A DNA stretch of 64,000 nt from Phoronis australis (taxonomy: Eukaryota; Animalia; Phoronida), in the NCBI GenBank assembly GCA_002633005.1, contig NMRA01000156.1, forward strand, positions 1 to 64,000, in the 5' to 3' direction. Below, one piece after another: positions 37,487 to 51,948 of the stretch; position 1 is the first letter of the stretch, and each line of letters starts with the position of its first letter. The position numbers were made by a program, and so were the translations under genes. The notes beneath the pieces were generated by a model. The model was not told the DNA's origin. It made no database searches and worked only from the letters and a program-made list of their open reading frames with translations.

Positions 37487-40400
37487 ACACAACGTATTTA
37501 AAGTATTTGAACGAGGGTGAACCTATATTTATCAAATAAGATTCTAAACAGCTTGCGTTTTTTTTTCAAAATGTGAATTATCAAAAACCGCGAGTGGCAA
37601 ATCCAAATAGTACGTACATAAACAATAAAGCGCAGTGACTCAACCCAGGAATGGCTTATATAAATTCATTAACCGTGTTTTTAGTAATAACGCCCTTTGC
37701 AAGAGCATTGAAATGAAATGGCGCGCGAGCCCCACGCGGTTTGTGGGAGAAACAACAGAACTCGTTTAACGATGCGTGGGTTTGAAACAATAAGTCCCAC
37801 TTACTGGCGGACGGGGATCACTGGTTTTGCACAATCAGTTTCGGAATACAACACGTGATCATCTTGTTCGTGAAAAAGTACTCAAGAAATCTGCTAGGTT
37901 CAAATACAAGTCAACGCTCGACGTGGGCGTACGAAGAGAATGGAACGCAACGTCACAGCGGATCCAAGATCGCTTAAAATATAAATGTCAAGATGGTTCT
38001 GTAAAAGTGCAACCTTTTTTACGGTAATTATCGGTAGAAACTCAACATATAAAAAGTTCAAATGTTCACGCGAACCTGTGCATGAAAACACCGGTGACAT
38101 GCAAGCGCTGAAAAAAAAAACACGAAAACACGTTTCTTTCTCTTGAGATTAGAGAATTTACATGTATTTTTCTCTTTGGTCCAGGCTCTTGGGTCTAATC
38201 CTCCTGATTTCAACTCGACTCAGACTCAACATTTAACCAATCACGTTGCAGGATTCGAGAGCTAATTTGTAAGTTTACTCGAATAGTGCCATTCATTTGT
38301 CCATCTTCGAGTTCAATTTCGAGAAAAGAGATTGAACCCCGCAGGACCAGTCGTTTTTTGTAAATACTAAGCCATTTTGATAGTTTGCTACTGCATCAAA
38401 GAAATCTTGATCTTTAATAAAAATATCTATTTATAAGTTTTCCATAGTTTTTCAAACAACCTGCGTGCGAATAATTGTTTTTGTTTTTGAGCAACAGGCA
38501 AACATTACTTAGATTTCAAGAGCAGAAAGACTTCTAGAAATCGAAAAACTTCTATTATCATTGTTACAGTTCCGATTGATGATAAACAATCTTCTTTAAA
38601 TAGAAAGATATTTTGCCGTTTTCATCCACGCACACCAACTTGGTGGGTCCAAGTCTGAGTGCGAAAACTAGTTGTCGTTAACCCATGATTGTGTCCGACT
38701 CCGGTATCGCGTTACATACCTGGTGACGACAATGAACAACCACTGAGGACAGACAGGCAATTTTACGGCTATTATCCTGAAAAGACGAGACGGCAATCAA
38801 ACCACCTGCGCGACGATATTTCTTTGTTGATAATCTTTGTTTATTTGCCATCTACGTTTGTTGATTGTAGTATAATCGCAGAGGCAAATCCGTTTCGTTT
38901 GGTAAAATTTTCATCGCGCAGATCAGGATTTCACGGACTCCCCACCGAGCTAGCGTTCTTATCACGGACGACTATGTATGTTATAATTCAAGCACATGCA
39001 CTTAAACGACTATTGAAAAATGATACTAATAATCGCAAAACGACAACAGTAAGAATGACAAGTGAAAGTCGCGAATGTAGGGAACACATTTCCAAAGAAC
39101 AAACCTTCTTGCCAGCCCTACGACGGCATGCCGGCTTCGCTTTCTGGTAACACCCGTACGGGAGTATGGGGGATGGTAAGATACCGGAAGTACCGGGGAA
39201 ACTCGCAAGTTTACGACAAGGGTAAATCAGCTTCACACAAACTCCTTCATGAAAATAAAAAAAAAACTCTGAATGACGTGCAATTTTTATTTCTTTCTTT
39301 AGTCATGTATTAACTAAACATTCACATCTTTTTCATCGATCGATCATTGTTTTACTATCGACATGGAAAATGTCGGATACGTTGTTTCTGGTTACATTTC
39401 GTCACTTCCACATACTTGTACAGCAAACTTATTAGGACAACATCATAGGGACAATCATTTTTGACACGAACATCTCACAGTAATTAGATTAGCACCCACA
39501 AAATCAACGGCAAATACAAATTCGTCATCACGCATTCCACCAGTGCAATTACACCGGAAACAAATTTACGAAGAAACGGCAAATTAAACAAATATTCATA
39601 TCATAGTGGAAGCTGAGGGCACTGTTCATGGGCTCGACCACTCCGTATCTCCCATATGAAAACAAGATTCCCGATTTTGCCCTCCGAGATCCGCCCATGC
39701 GTGTGCATAAAAGAAGTGTAGTTGTTTAGGAAACAAAAGACACGGTTAACACAAACAAATTCTTCGTACAACAGTAAAATATTCTTACCAACAACAAACG
39801 CTCCATTCAATTTTTGACCCGGCTAGTTTGGAAGAAATTAAGCGGAAATGCTGTCCTGCATTAAATCGACAGTAGGTTACCGTTATCAAAAATGCAAATT
39901 CAAACCCGGTATACCCTGACTTGGTTTGACAGTTACACTTGTAGCAGGTACACCTCCGTTTATATTAAAACACATTTTAAAATGGTGAGGGTGACCTCGG
40001 CATCGAATTTCTACATTGGTATAACAAGACCATTTAAACTAACAAGGCTTTCTGAGTACAATAATCTAATTAATATTAGCCAAAGCATAACTGAAAGCCC
40101 GAAGTAAACTAAAACTGTTGCAAATGGATGGAAAGAGCTCCGTAAATACCTGAAAAATATAAATACACTTGGAATTTCTAACAGTACACCTGTAAGCCAT
40201 GTGAGACATAGCATTTTACCCGTATTTCCCCGCACACCAAATGAACGTTTGGGCAAACTTTAGAAAGTGGTTTCCAAATACGGGGAAATCAACAACAAAA
40301 TACACACATGCTCTGACGCCCATTCGGCCACTGATGCTAATTAGACGAAAAACCTAAGTAAGAAAAAATCACAGCCAGAACACTTTCGTAGCAAATAACT

Positions 40401-41645
40401 CAAGCATAGATACCCCCAAATCTTTTTTACACCACATAACATTTTAGGCAACCATAAAAACCTACAATTTTACGATCAAAGAATAACCAGGCGGACGTGC
40501 CTGGACATAGAGGACTATTCGTGAAATAAAAAGCTGTGGGTGAATATGGTAGAAAACCTATAATTTTGTCAGTCTTCCTTTGCGGAGGGGTCCTTGTGGG
40601 TCCCTCGGGACTAGAGACACTTGCAATGTGCCTTGCACAGTAACAATAAATTATCAAAGACTAATTACAAATTTCAAAAAAACTATCACTCAAAATAAAC
40701 CAATCACATCAATACACAAGCAACCAGCAGTGTAGAAAACAAAAAGTATGACAATACATTAAGTGCTCCCTGGGAGTTGGTCCTAGCTGCTTCTCAAACT
40801 CTTAACACAGTAAAATGTCACAGGGAACAACTACATCAATTGTTTGATTCTAGAAGTACTGGGCAGCCGTTTTGGAAAAGAGTGTCCAGCCATTATAAGA
40901 CAAGACAAGCTTTCCTTTCAATAACTCTAAGCAAGAAACCCCTACAGAGGCGCAAACCTATTTTGTGTAATTTACGGAATTTCAACACAAACAGGATGTC
41001 AATACCTCTGATAAAACATCTTCAGATAATTGATTTGTCCTTTTGGCGCCAGTATTTCCATCAGTCACACAGAATTAAAAGGCCACCAGAGGTCTACTCT
41101 GCACCAAGCACTGCCACCCTTACTACAGGACAACGACAGCCGGTTGGTCACAAAGCTTCACGAATGTTTTCAAATCCACAAGTTCTTCGGTTAGTTTTCA
41201 ATTTCAGCATTTATGTTCTAGCCATGGGAAATCCTGTGAAAGTTGTCATACAGTTCAAGTGCAAACTCAAAGTGTGGTAGTAAAGCTGGCAAAAAATTCC
41301 CAAGCTAGGGGCAATTTTCAGCAAAATTAATTTTCATCAGTGAAAAAAATGCTACACAAGTTAGATTGAAATCTCCTAGACAACAGCTCCATCAAAGATT
41401 GGATTAACAGGGGATTCATGAGGATGTTACCACCATGACCGTGATCACTGACATGATGTACTTAGCAAGCGTTTTGGGTCACTCCAAGTCAAAGATGGAG
41501 TCTTTACAGCCGATTGACAAAGACATGGAACCCATTTTGTCAAAAATAATATGTCTGGTCTTAGCCGGAGATGTTCCTAATTTAAATTTTAATCTCCACA
41601 GACCACAAACGTGACTCAAGAAGGTGGTCGTTAAATATCAAAATG

Positions 41646-42775
41646 AACAAGACCAAGGCCAAGGCAGAGGGTTGATATGCACCCAACTTGTGCATTACAT
41701 ATAACGCAGATATAAGAGATGATTACTCTCAAACATTTCCACTAAAAGGAGCAATGCTAGCAACTCAAAAGAGCCCCCAGAGGGCGCATTGCAATTCAGC
41801 AATGATCTCCTCTATAGGAAAACACCTGTCAAGATGATAAAAAATAAAACTGGCACTAGGGGGCACATCGTTTGTCATATGGGTCCAAAAGTCGTCATCT
41901 GCAGTCACGTTCAGAAAAAAACACACTCGCCAAATTTCACAAAGATCTTGCAGGTGCTTAGGAGAAACAGCCAGGGATGAGAAAAAAGCAGAACTGCCAC
42001 TAGGGGGAGCCACAGTAGTCCAAATTGCCCAAAACTCATTGTAAGTCATGCTCTTCCCAGTAAAAATACATACACCACTTTTCATAAGATTCTTAGAGTG
42101 ATTTGGCTGATAGAGATCCACACCAAAAGCAGACTTTCATAAAAAACACCTAAGAAATAATAAAATTACCACTAAGGGGGAACAGCAGTTGTCAGATCCA
42201 TCCGAAATTCATCTTCGTCTGTTGTCAACATCACATTAATACACTCACCAAATGCAATAAATATCTCGCTGAGGGTTTAGGAGATACACCCATGGACGCA
42301 AAAAACAAAACAGCCTCAAGGAGGCGCTATAATACATTGAAATCGTTCAATGAACATCCTCAGTCATCCTCTTCACAGTAGGAACATATATGTCAATTTT
42401 AATAATCAACCTCAACATGGTTTGCCTGATATAGGGGAAAAAGCCAAAAACATTATTAATGGCCACCAGGTGGCACAAAATAGCTCAAATCCATTTGAAA
42501 ATACAGCGTGGCGTCATCTCACAGACACCAATTTACCTCATTTTATGAAAACCAATAAAGGAGCTCCTGAAGGTGCAGGGGTAAACATAAAAAATAAAAT
42601 TGCCAATAGGGGGCATATCCGTTGTTCAATCTGTCCGAAAGCTGACTCACGCTGTGCCATCCATGTAAGGAACATGTTTGCAAAATTTCATGAACATACA
42701 TCTAAGGGTTTTTGAGATACAGCAGTGGACATCCGACATGGATGACGGCTCATATAAATATGTATGCGCCTAAAA
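41646..42775. mobile_element. Helentron/HINE-like non-autonomous element with internal about 145-bp diverged tandem units
   Basis: The 5' block (aacaag...ttgatatgcaccca...gcagatataagagatga...gagcaatgctag) recurs at about 54665 and 63878. Internal units each carry a ccactagggggc-like motif and often a caaatttca..aagat motif. The 3' block catataaatatgt..atgc is shared with about 55190-55215. The family assignment is inference from architecture. Confidence 0.6.
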
Positions 42776-44487
42776 ATTACCAAACTAAGGTCATCTGCTG
42801 TGTTTTTCTCAACATAGCATTGTAATTGGAGTAATGTGCTTACTACAGTCTTAAAACAGGCCCACAGTTCTAAGTAATGTTATGATCCCCTTTTCCAAAA
42901 GTTTTTCTCAATAAAACTTTCATTCCGAAAATATCAACATTTTGTATGATTTCAGAGGGGTGCTGGGAAAGTAAGTTTTGTACACTAGGGAAAGTGGCAG
43001 ACATTGTAAACGGTCCCTAACAGAGGGGAACTTATTAAGGCAATTCTGGATGGTACATTTGCTCTAAGTCTAACAGAAACATTTACATACTTTACAATTG
43101 GAATAGTCCACTGGTACAATCACTGCAGTTCAACACCACTACAGTTCAACACCACCACAGTCCAACACCACTACAGCATGAAACCCAAGGCCTGCACATT
43201 ACAAAGGCTGACACAATGAACCAAAAAATTATTATCCAAAATACCAATGTTAATGATGTCAATTGGAAAAAATGTAGTAATGACATCACCATAAGAGAAC
43301 GCCATCGCCATAGCAACTTTTCAAAAAACACCAAGTGTACTACTCCCTCTACATACAGTCATCTCTTGAGCCAAAATCCATATGCAGGGGATCAACCTAT
43401 GCTAAATGAACGTGCAGCAGAAAATATCTCTAACTTTCAGAAAACAAAAATATCCGCAGAATTATAAGAGGGGGGTAGTTTATTGAATAACTGTGCCATA
43501 CGATTTAGCAGAAACATGCCCTGGTATATCCCCCAAATCTTCCCCCACACCCACTTGTGTAAAACTGAGTTGGGTATGTACCCCAAGCTGGCTTCGCTAG
43601 CAAAGGTATGGCTATTTGTAACAATTTGCAAAACAGAAGGGCTTTGAGGTGCTTAAATTCACCAATTGTATACCAAAAAACAACCCCACCAGTCAATCAG
43701 CTGTCAAATTAAAACACCTGCAAACACTATCGGACAATATGTTAATTATTTGATCCTTGGTTACGAGCATTTATTCGTCCCTACACAGTATGTAAAATTG
43801 CGACAACCAATCACATTATTTGTCAGCCTCCTTTGTGTTTAGTGTGCTAAGTCATCAGATATTGCTGTTCATTTTCCTGTGGTTTTATGGCGTAATAAAG
43901 AATGGTGATGCGCTGCGCTTGTGGTGGTCATGACAATGCGGTGGTCATGACAACGCGGTATTTGAGCACCCTGTGGCTTTACATTTTCCCGCGGGACATC
44001 AGAGAAGCGCGGATATGGCACAAGTTTGTACAAGAAACTTGCGTGTTGGTGGTCATGACACTCTAGCACTGGGTACGTTTACATGTCACACTCATGTCCG
44101 TGGAGCTAAAAACTTTCAATGAAAGTCAATTTTCTTCCGTTTTCTGATTTTTGGGACATTGAATTCATGGTTGTGATATGCAGCGCTGTCACGTTCAATG
44201 ATGCCGACAATGTAGTCACTTGTCAAAACAAGGTGAATGGTGGTTTTAAGCACTTAAAGCACAGTACATTGGGGTCACTGACTTCCATGGAAGAAGTTTA
44301 ATGTGAACTTGAATGGTCCTGCATGGCGATACATCAGCCCAGCATAGGTTGTCATGGCAGCGTGCACGGCAATGATAATAGAGGCTGGAACATTTGTTGT
44401 GAACAAGAATAATCGCTGTGACAATCAAACACAACTTACTGACAACCTAAATCTAATTAACTTTGTGTGTTATCTGGATATTACTGT

Positions 44488-44910
44488 TATATGTGTGATC
44501 CTTGAAAATTGTCCAAATTAGGACAACTTCAGAATGTCATATCACAGTAAATGGGAAGTATGATTCAATTGAGACTTTCATATACTATACTTTATACACT
44601 GTTCTAGGAGCTGTCTATTAAATGTTCCTTTTTGGATGACCGGCTATCAAAAACGGGACTTTCATGATTTTTATGAAAGTTGTCTAATATGACAATGAAA
44701 TGATACTTCAGAACACAAAACAGCAGTTTTGAGATTTCATCTTGAACATTTATATCTAAAAAAATTTGGCCTTGTTATTGATACTGATATTTTGACACAA
44801 ATGCACCTTAATTTTTTGGGCTAAATTTTACAAAAAAGATATGATCACATGACCCCATTGGTACTAAGTTCAAAATCAAAGGGTACAGGCTTTCCACTTT
44901 CAGGAAATGT
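44488..44910 (+). mobile_element. Copy of the TTAA-flanked about 500-bp element family
   Basis: Same conserved blocks as 51949-52450. Confidence 0.65.
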
Positions 44911-45829
44911 ACAGAGGCGGATCTACAAGGGGTTCAGGTGGTTGAAACCCCCCAGGACAGGAAAATGAAATCAGCTTCTAAAAACCAAAAAAAATCTTAC
45001 ACATACTAGCGTAAGGTTACGGTAAGTGCACTTCAATTTTGCACAAATTCAATTGGAAAATTTTCACTTTATTTTTCAACGTAAAATTAAGTTGATAAAA
45101 CGATAAAAATTTTACAGCCAGTTTTCTATTTTTTCCCAACAAATTTACAATAAAATAAAATTCAACTTGTCCACCTTGAGAAGCGTTTATTGGATTTGGC
45201 AAAAATGAGCCATACTGCATGGTTTTTCTAAAAATGACTCAACAACTTGCCCCACCTACAGCTAGTGATTGGAATTACAGAACTAACAAGAGGCTATAAC
45301 TCATGTGAATAGATACAGTCCAGTTTTAAGAAATCCACCCCAACGAACTTCAACGGATATCATACAGGAAATTACATAAGGCGACATTAAATTAAAACTC
45401 ATCTGTTATCATGACTTGTAAAGCAGACATTTCTCATTTCAATTCAACAACCTATCTGCAGATGTCATTAAAACTGTTTTTGGAAAATCTACCCACAATT
45501 CTCCAGTTATGTCCACTGTTACGTTCCTGACATATTTTCAGGAAGTATGACAGCACTCTTTTTCCTTCTTGGTCACTCCATCCATAACGTACCATACAGC
45601 CAGCACGTGTCACGTGTCATCTCAGATGCAGCATCATTTACTGGCGACGAGAGACGTTGAACTTCGTGTCAGCAGCCGATCCTTATCCCAAGACTTCGCC
45701 TTGACACGATAGAATTTAGTGCCCACGGGAACGCGAAACCTGTTGTTGCTCTAGAAACAATTTGAAAATTGTGTTATTACTTGCACCCTCGGATACGGAA
45801 TTTTTATAACAAGGCTGATAGAACACCTT

Positions 45830-46207
45830 GGCCGGGGTATAATCTTTGCACTCGTAATTGAACTCAAAATAATTTTGTGTGAATTGAGGATGAGTATCTA
45901 TCATTCTGTGCTCCAGCGTGTCATGATTAACGTCGATGAGTCATTAGACCAAGCTTACACTAGATTCGAGCTGCAAGCTCGAGCTGTAAACTCGAATTGT
46001 CAAGTAAAAACTCAAAATTTTGAGGTTCAGAGTTGAGCTCATATCATTAACGCTGAGGTTATCAAGTGCAGGCTGAGATTAGACCATCATTCAACCATAA
46101 TGAACTTGAGCACAGAATAACTAACACTAATCCTAAATTCATACAAAAATAGAACGGAAAATATCAAAAATAGTTTGATTTTAAGTACAAAGATTAGACC
46201 CTAAGCC
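45830..46207. mobile_element. MITE with long imperfect TIRs (relatives near 15085, 38177-38349 and 53757)
   Basis: ggggtataatctttgcact...ttttgtgtgaattgaggatgagtatctatcattctgtgctc is mirrored by gagcacagaataactaacactaatcctaaattcatacaaaa...agtacaaagattagaccc. Confidence 0.7.
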
Positions 46208-49200
46208 TTGATCACAATGCCCACCAGACGCTGAAGACATGCATTCACAAGGACACTTATCTGCCCTCTTGTGAGTAATTGGCATAACAGTGTGCAAAAT
46301 AAATGTGTCTGGCCAATCAAGTGCGATCATCGTGGACGAAGAGAGCATAAACACAAATGATTTGGAATTCCCTGAGACGACAGCTTGGAGGAAGCTGAAT
46401 TTATCATCAGAGTAGTCTCCCCTGATGACTGAGAATGAAAGGGAATTGACAGTAAGTTAGCAAGTCAGAATTGTAAATAAAATTTTGCTGGCCTAATAAT
46501 TCTTTTTGCTGGTAACAGAATTACCATCAACATGGGAACATGGTATTTTGTCTTTAGTACTGAAGATAAAAGGAAAATCAAATAGACTAGATGGTTGAAA
46601 TTAATTATCAAGTCAACTTGAAGGCTGCGGCCAGGGCAATTTTTGACTTGTACCTACCTTTTTTGCTTGACAATATTCTTTCTCTGAGATTTCAGCCAAC
46701 ACCCAAGATTTACGGGCTTCACCAGGGGCTAAAAGCAAAAACGACGGGAGTAAGATTGAACGAAAGGACTACAAGGGGTCCATGTGATGACATAGGGAAG
46801 AAATTGTTAGTAACAAAAATGGTGAAGTGGTATCTCAAACCTTCATAAAACTACGCTCCATTAGAATGTATGGTACACACTAACTGCAATTTGCTCAGGC
46901 ACTGAACTCCCTTCCCAAGAGTGGGTCAATTAAAATGCTGGTGCCCGGCTTGTTGATTAAACGATAAAGATGCAGATAACCGAATGCTAAGGCACATTCT
47001 GCTCAATGCTTATCGCTGCTCGAAATCAAACTGAAAGCTGAAACGTAAACACATCATCTGAGACATTGCGTACTCATAACGTGACCATCTTTAGTAAAAC
47101 TACGGACAAACTACTACCCTGAGCGGAATGAAAAACTTAATTGTCTAAACAATACTAGTTTCTTTTACAATAAAGTTACTATAGAAAAAAGTCTTTTGAA
47201 TTGAATTTAGATCATATTCCAAGCCCAGCAGTCACATTCTAACATGACTAAGGAACAATAACATTTTAGACCAGTTCTATGACAGTAAGACATCCAAAGA
47301 AAAAGTGTTTTGACAGAAGACTGGATTATACCATCCTGGATACAATAAATAACAGTAGAACGTTACTTAAAAATAGAAATAATAACAAAATAATCACTAA
47401 AGATATCAAAAACATCAATTATGCTTTGCTTTATGTGTCTGCCGTGGTAATAGTGCAACTTCACAGTCATTACAAAAAAGCATGATATGATTCAGAGTTT
47501 TCTCCCCATGTTCCCAATGGGAAAAAACATCACTAGGCAACCATTCTAGCAGTCACTTACCTGCTTACCTGCAGAAAATATTTCATTACCAATGTGTTAA
47601 ATGTGCCTCCAGTGAATGTGGGTGACCGACAATGTTACTAGTTGCATTATGAAAAACTGAGCGCTGCACAGACAAATTACTCGACACAAAAATCTAATGT
47701 TTTTGCACGCTCTTCGAGGTTTGGTGAAACCTCACCAATTTAGGAAATAACATGGCAGACATGTGAACTTTTCTCATTTTAAAAAAAATGATATTTCATA
47801 TAGTACCAAACTGATGCTTTGCCATATTCTTGATCAGCACTATTTCTACCTACAGACAAAAGTATGAAAAATTTTTATCGTTCGCAACAATAGTAGAAGA
47901 CCTTGGAAAATGAAAAAAGTGCAATTTTGTGGCAATGTCCAAAATTGGTCAGATGTTATGGAGTAAGCAACTCTTGGCCATTAAGAAATCTTTGCAAAGA
48001 CTTGCTAAACTTGTTCCAAACTTCAGAGGGTTGACAAGTCTCCACAGTATTTTTGGCTTTCGAAGAGTGACGTGACGGACCTTTCAGGTACCCTACATGC
48101 TTATCAGTAACTCAACGAATGTACAAAATGTGCATTTTTAGGGGAGGCAGAGGGTTTAATCTTGCTACTAGCAAATTCTTCTGACGTAAAAAAATTGCAC
48201 TTTTTTACCTTAAAAACGAGATAAAGCAACCAACAGCTTAAGCAGCAACATGACTTTTAGACGGCGACATTTTCACAAAACATCAACATTTTTATTGCAT
48301 TGACAGTTTCTGGGAGGGCAGGAGAAGTGCGTTTTCATACTTGTGAAAATGGCAATAATTACAAATAGTTCATTAATTGGTTAAAAACCCGGCTCAGCGG
48401 CACTGAATCTTAACACACCATTTTTCAGCCCCAAGGTCTCCAGGCAGTCAGAATGGAGGAAGTGAAGTGTGGAGCCAACCGTGAATACCACGTACTGATC
48501 ATGACGTTCATCTAAGCATAGCAGCACCGTGTCACCCACGTTGCATCTGCAATGATAAAGAATGAACGGTATTTCTAATAAAGTGTAAACCCACTGAAAT
48601 AAACTGCGTCCAGAGGCAGTAATCGAACGTTTGCCACAGGGTGCAGAACACTTAACGTAGAGCGGAACCATTACAATGGGAGTGGAATCCATATTACTCT
48701 CTACAAAACACTTACCACGCACTGCAAGAGCCCTTACTTTGGATAAAGAACTCTAACCATGGAACCCAACCTTTTTACTCGAAGTGTGCCTGTGTGTGTC
48801 ATTGTACTTTGACATCAGGGGCAAAGTTATTTGTAAGAGTTGTTGTGGTGCATGGACAGCGGTGCAGGAAAGCAGTGCATGGAAACTGTTTTGAACACAG
48901 TGGAAAATTGTCCAGAGGGATGTTCACATGATCCAAACAAAAAGCCAACATCACAGAAAATCCATGGATATGAGAAATTATATTTCTTCCATTACACAGC
49001 GTTCGTCTGTCTCACAGAATATAAGAATGTTTGAAACGGAATTCACTGTTTGTGCTTTCACACAACTCTACAGAAATCCACACAAGATGTATACTTTCCA
49101 TACAACTGACAGTAACTCTAAATTGTGTTACAAGTGAAAAACACTGCCTTACACTACAATACGAGTCATATAGTAGTCATACGATAGGATGGAATGAAAA

Positions 49201-51201
49201 AAGTAAGGTATATAGTAAGTGCTGAGAATGACCGACCACTCAGAAGAAAACAAGTTATATGAAAAAGTCAAAAGCCCAGAAGAAAATTCCATCCAATGAT
49301 CTCATAAATTTAAAATTGTGCCGACCAAATTGAAGCATGTTTGACCTTTGTCTGGATCACTTAAAAAAGCAACAAGTGCAATTCTGCAATTGACACGATT
49401 CCCAAAATCTTTATAGCTAATGCCAGAGTCTTCCAGATGTCTAGCATTAATGTAAATCCCACTCAATTAAAAAATAGCGACCAATCAGAAATTTAAAAGT
49501 GCCTGGTTAGGTTGGTCTGCATGGAGACAAGCATAAGAGCCCAAGCATTCATGAAAGACTGTCTGTGATAGGCCAATTGCGCAGTACTGTTCTGGAATTC
49601 AATACTGAACACGGGATTTTCTGCATACTATATGGATTTGCTACAGGAATATCTTCTTTAAAAATCAAAAGACTTTTTCTCTCAAGTGAATTAAGTTTCA
49701 TAACTGAAGTGAAGTGCATTTAACTTGCATAAGTCGAATTCAATTGGTCCACGAGATTTTATCCAAGTGAAGCAAAATTAACTGAACCTGAACATCCAAT
49801 CCGTGGAACTTGTCTAAGTTGAGCGAAAATCCGACTTACGCATGTCCAACTAATGCAAGTTGTAGTTTACAGTTTTAGTTGGCATATTGCATAGGAATGA
49901 CTTGCGACTGTTGGCGTAGAAGAATATCACAAAGTAAATGAAATCCACTGCCATCTGAAAAATGCACCCACTGACCTGATAAGTACACCAAATGACCTCA
50001 ATGTTTCGGATTGCAAATTGTTACATAATGTCTAAAGTTAGACTATCATGGTCAAAATTTACGTTTGCACCCAGTGACAGGTTGATTGGATGACCTAGAA
50101 ATTAAAGCTCTTTCATAACAACAACTCCACTGTTAGAAGAAAAATGATTTCAACAGCAAAATTAGAGGAACACATCAGACCGGCATAGGTTATCACAGTT
50201 TGATGGCGTTCTCAAAACATCATGAAGGATCATCTTTTACATTTGAAGTAGCGTTTTTATGGACGATTAATAAATAAAACAAAGTGCTTAGAGTGACAGA
50301 ATGGTGAATTTTGGAAAATTGTCAATTAATGGCCAACACCTGCCTTTAGTTACAGCGACAGCTGTCAATAACTCCGATGACAGCAAAGTTGACTGATCAT
50401 ACAGCATCAAATCCTCAATGCTCCACTCTAACTAACAATTTCTCATTTACTACAAAACTAACTCGACCTTTTAAACTCTGACCATTCACACTGGCCGACA
50501 CGCCCCAAAACATTGACATGGGCATGAAAGGGTGGGAAAAACATAGACCTGACACCACGTCAAACATTAGCTATAACTGTTGTCCGTTACCGGCACTGAC
50601 AGGTACCTACCGAGAAAAAACTGCCATATTGTCATGGAAATATTGCTATAGAGCATAGCTGAAAGCTGTGAATAATAAAACCAACGGAATTAAAAAACAA
50701 TCCGTCTCTACCTGTGCTACTGTGAGTTAATTAGTACCGCACCCAGTCTGAAATACACCCACAGTTTTTGCATCCCCTTTGTTATGGTCAGTGTATCCCA
50801 CGGTTTCTTCAAAAACGTTAATGCCCAAATGACGTGGTCGAATACGAAGAGAACCCTGAAATTTAGTTCAAGCCTGCTTGAAGTTTGCCACGCCAACTGA
50901 AAAATGCAAAATGGAAAGGTCCTTGTCTAGTCACAGGCTTGCATATCAAAACGTGTTGGCACTAAAACAGTATGAACTGTCAAAATAAGACTCAGACTTC
51001 AAATATACCTTAGACACGTGAGAGACAGAGTACAAATGTCGTAGATTAGATTACCTAGTAAGTTAACAGTGAGCCTGCAAAACTATCTTGGGACCAACTA
51101 AAGGAGTTAACAACTCTTTCAATAGTTGTAACTGTTACGCAATCATTATTTGCATAACCCTAGTTTGTGGTTTTAGCCAGTAGTCTTCAGTGCTATCTAT
51201 T

Positions 51202-51447
51202 GCTTTCGGATTCACCCTGGTTAGCGCCGCAGTGCGCCATGGTTTTTAAGAGATTTGACAACAGCGTCACCTACTGAGCTAAAACTTACTATAGATTACA
51301 ACAGCAGTAACTCAGTTATAGCTCAGTAGGTGGTGCTGTAGTCAAATCTCTTGGAAACAATGGCGCACTGAGGCACTAACCAGGGTGAATCATAAAGCGC
51401 CAATGTTTCCAAGAGATTTAAATGCAGCGCCACCTACTGAGCTATAA
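51202..51447. repeat. Foldback element with about 80-bp arms plus a third partial arm copy
   Basis: gattcaccctggttagcgccgcagtgcgccat...cacctactgagcta is mirrored by tagctcagtaggtgg...atggcgcactgaggcactaaccagggtgaatc (to 51391); extra arm copy at 51397-51447. Confidence 0.85.
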
Positions 51448-51896
51448 ATGTCATGTTCACACCGAGTTGGTACTGTAATAACCTCTAGCTAAACCACCCT
51501 CACAGAGGGCCATAACCATGTTGTAGTTTTAACTTTTAAGATTGCCATTTTAAAGAATTCAAACCGAGAGTTATAACCTTTAAATTGATTTTGAAAGTTA
51601 TAGTCTACAAAAATTCAACTTATTTTGACAAGAGTTACAAAATAGTTATTGGGCAGAGTATGGATGCAGTAAAAATTGAAAAATACAAGTTTCCTAAAAG
51701 TAATATATGCTGTAGTCAAAATTTGGACACAAATGAAAACAAAATGTCATTAAAAATGTAAAATTCTGCAAATGTTTTGATAAGAAACCCACACATATTT
51801 CACAAAAAATTTGCGAAATCTTCCTCGAAGTTGAAGTAGTGTTTAAACTGAAGAAACCGCCTATAATGTCACACATTTATCAATGCTTCAAAATAG

Positions 51897-51940
51897 GTGA
51901 GTGTGTGTGTGTGTGTGTGCGTGCGTGCATGCGTGTGTGC
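51897..51940. repeat. (TG)n/(TGCG)n microsatellite
   Basis: gtgagtgtgtgtgt...gcgtgcgtgcatgcgtgtgtgc. Confidence 0.9.
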
Positions 51941-51948
51941 ATAGCCAC

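Noticed and set aside
38689-41280. ORFs of 153 aa (38689-39150) and 167 aa (40777-41280)
   Set aside because: Non-ATG starts, no recognisable domain, no consistent splice chain.
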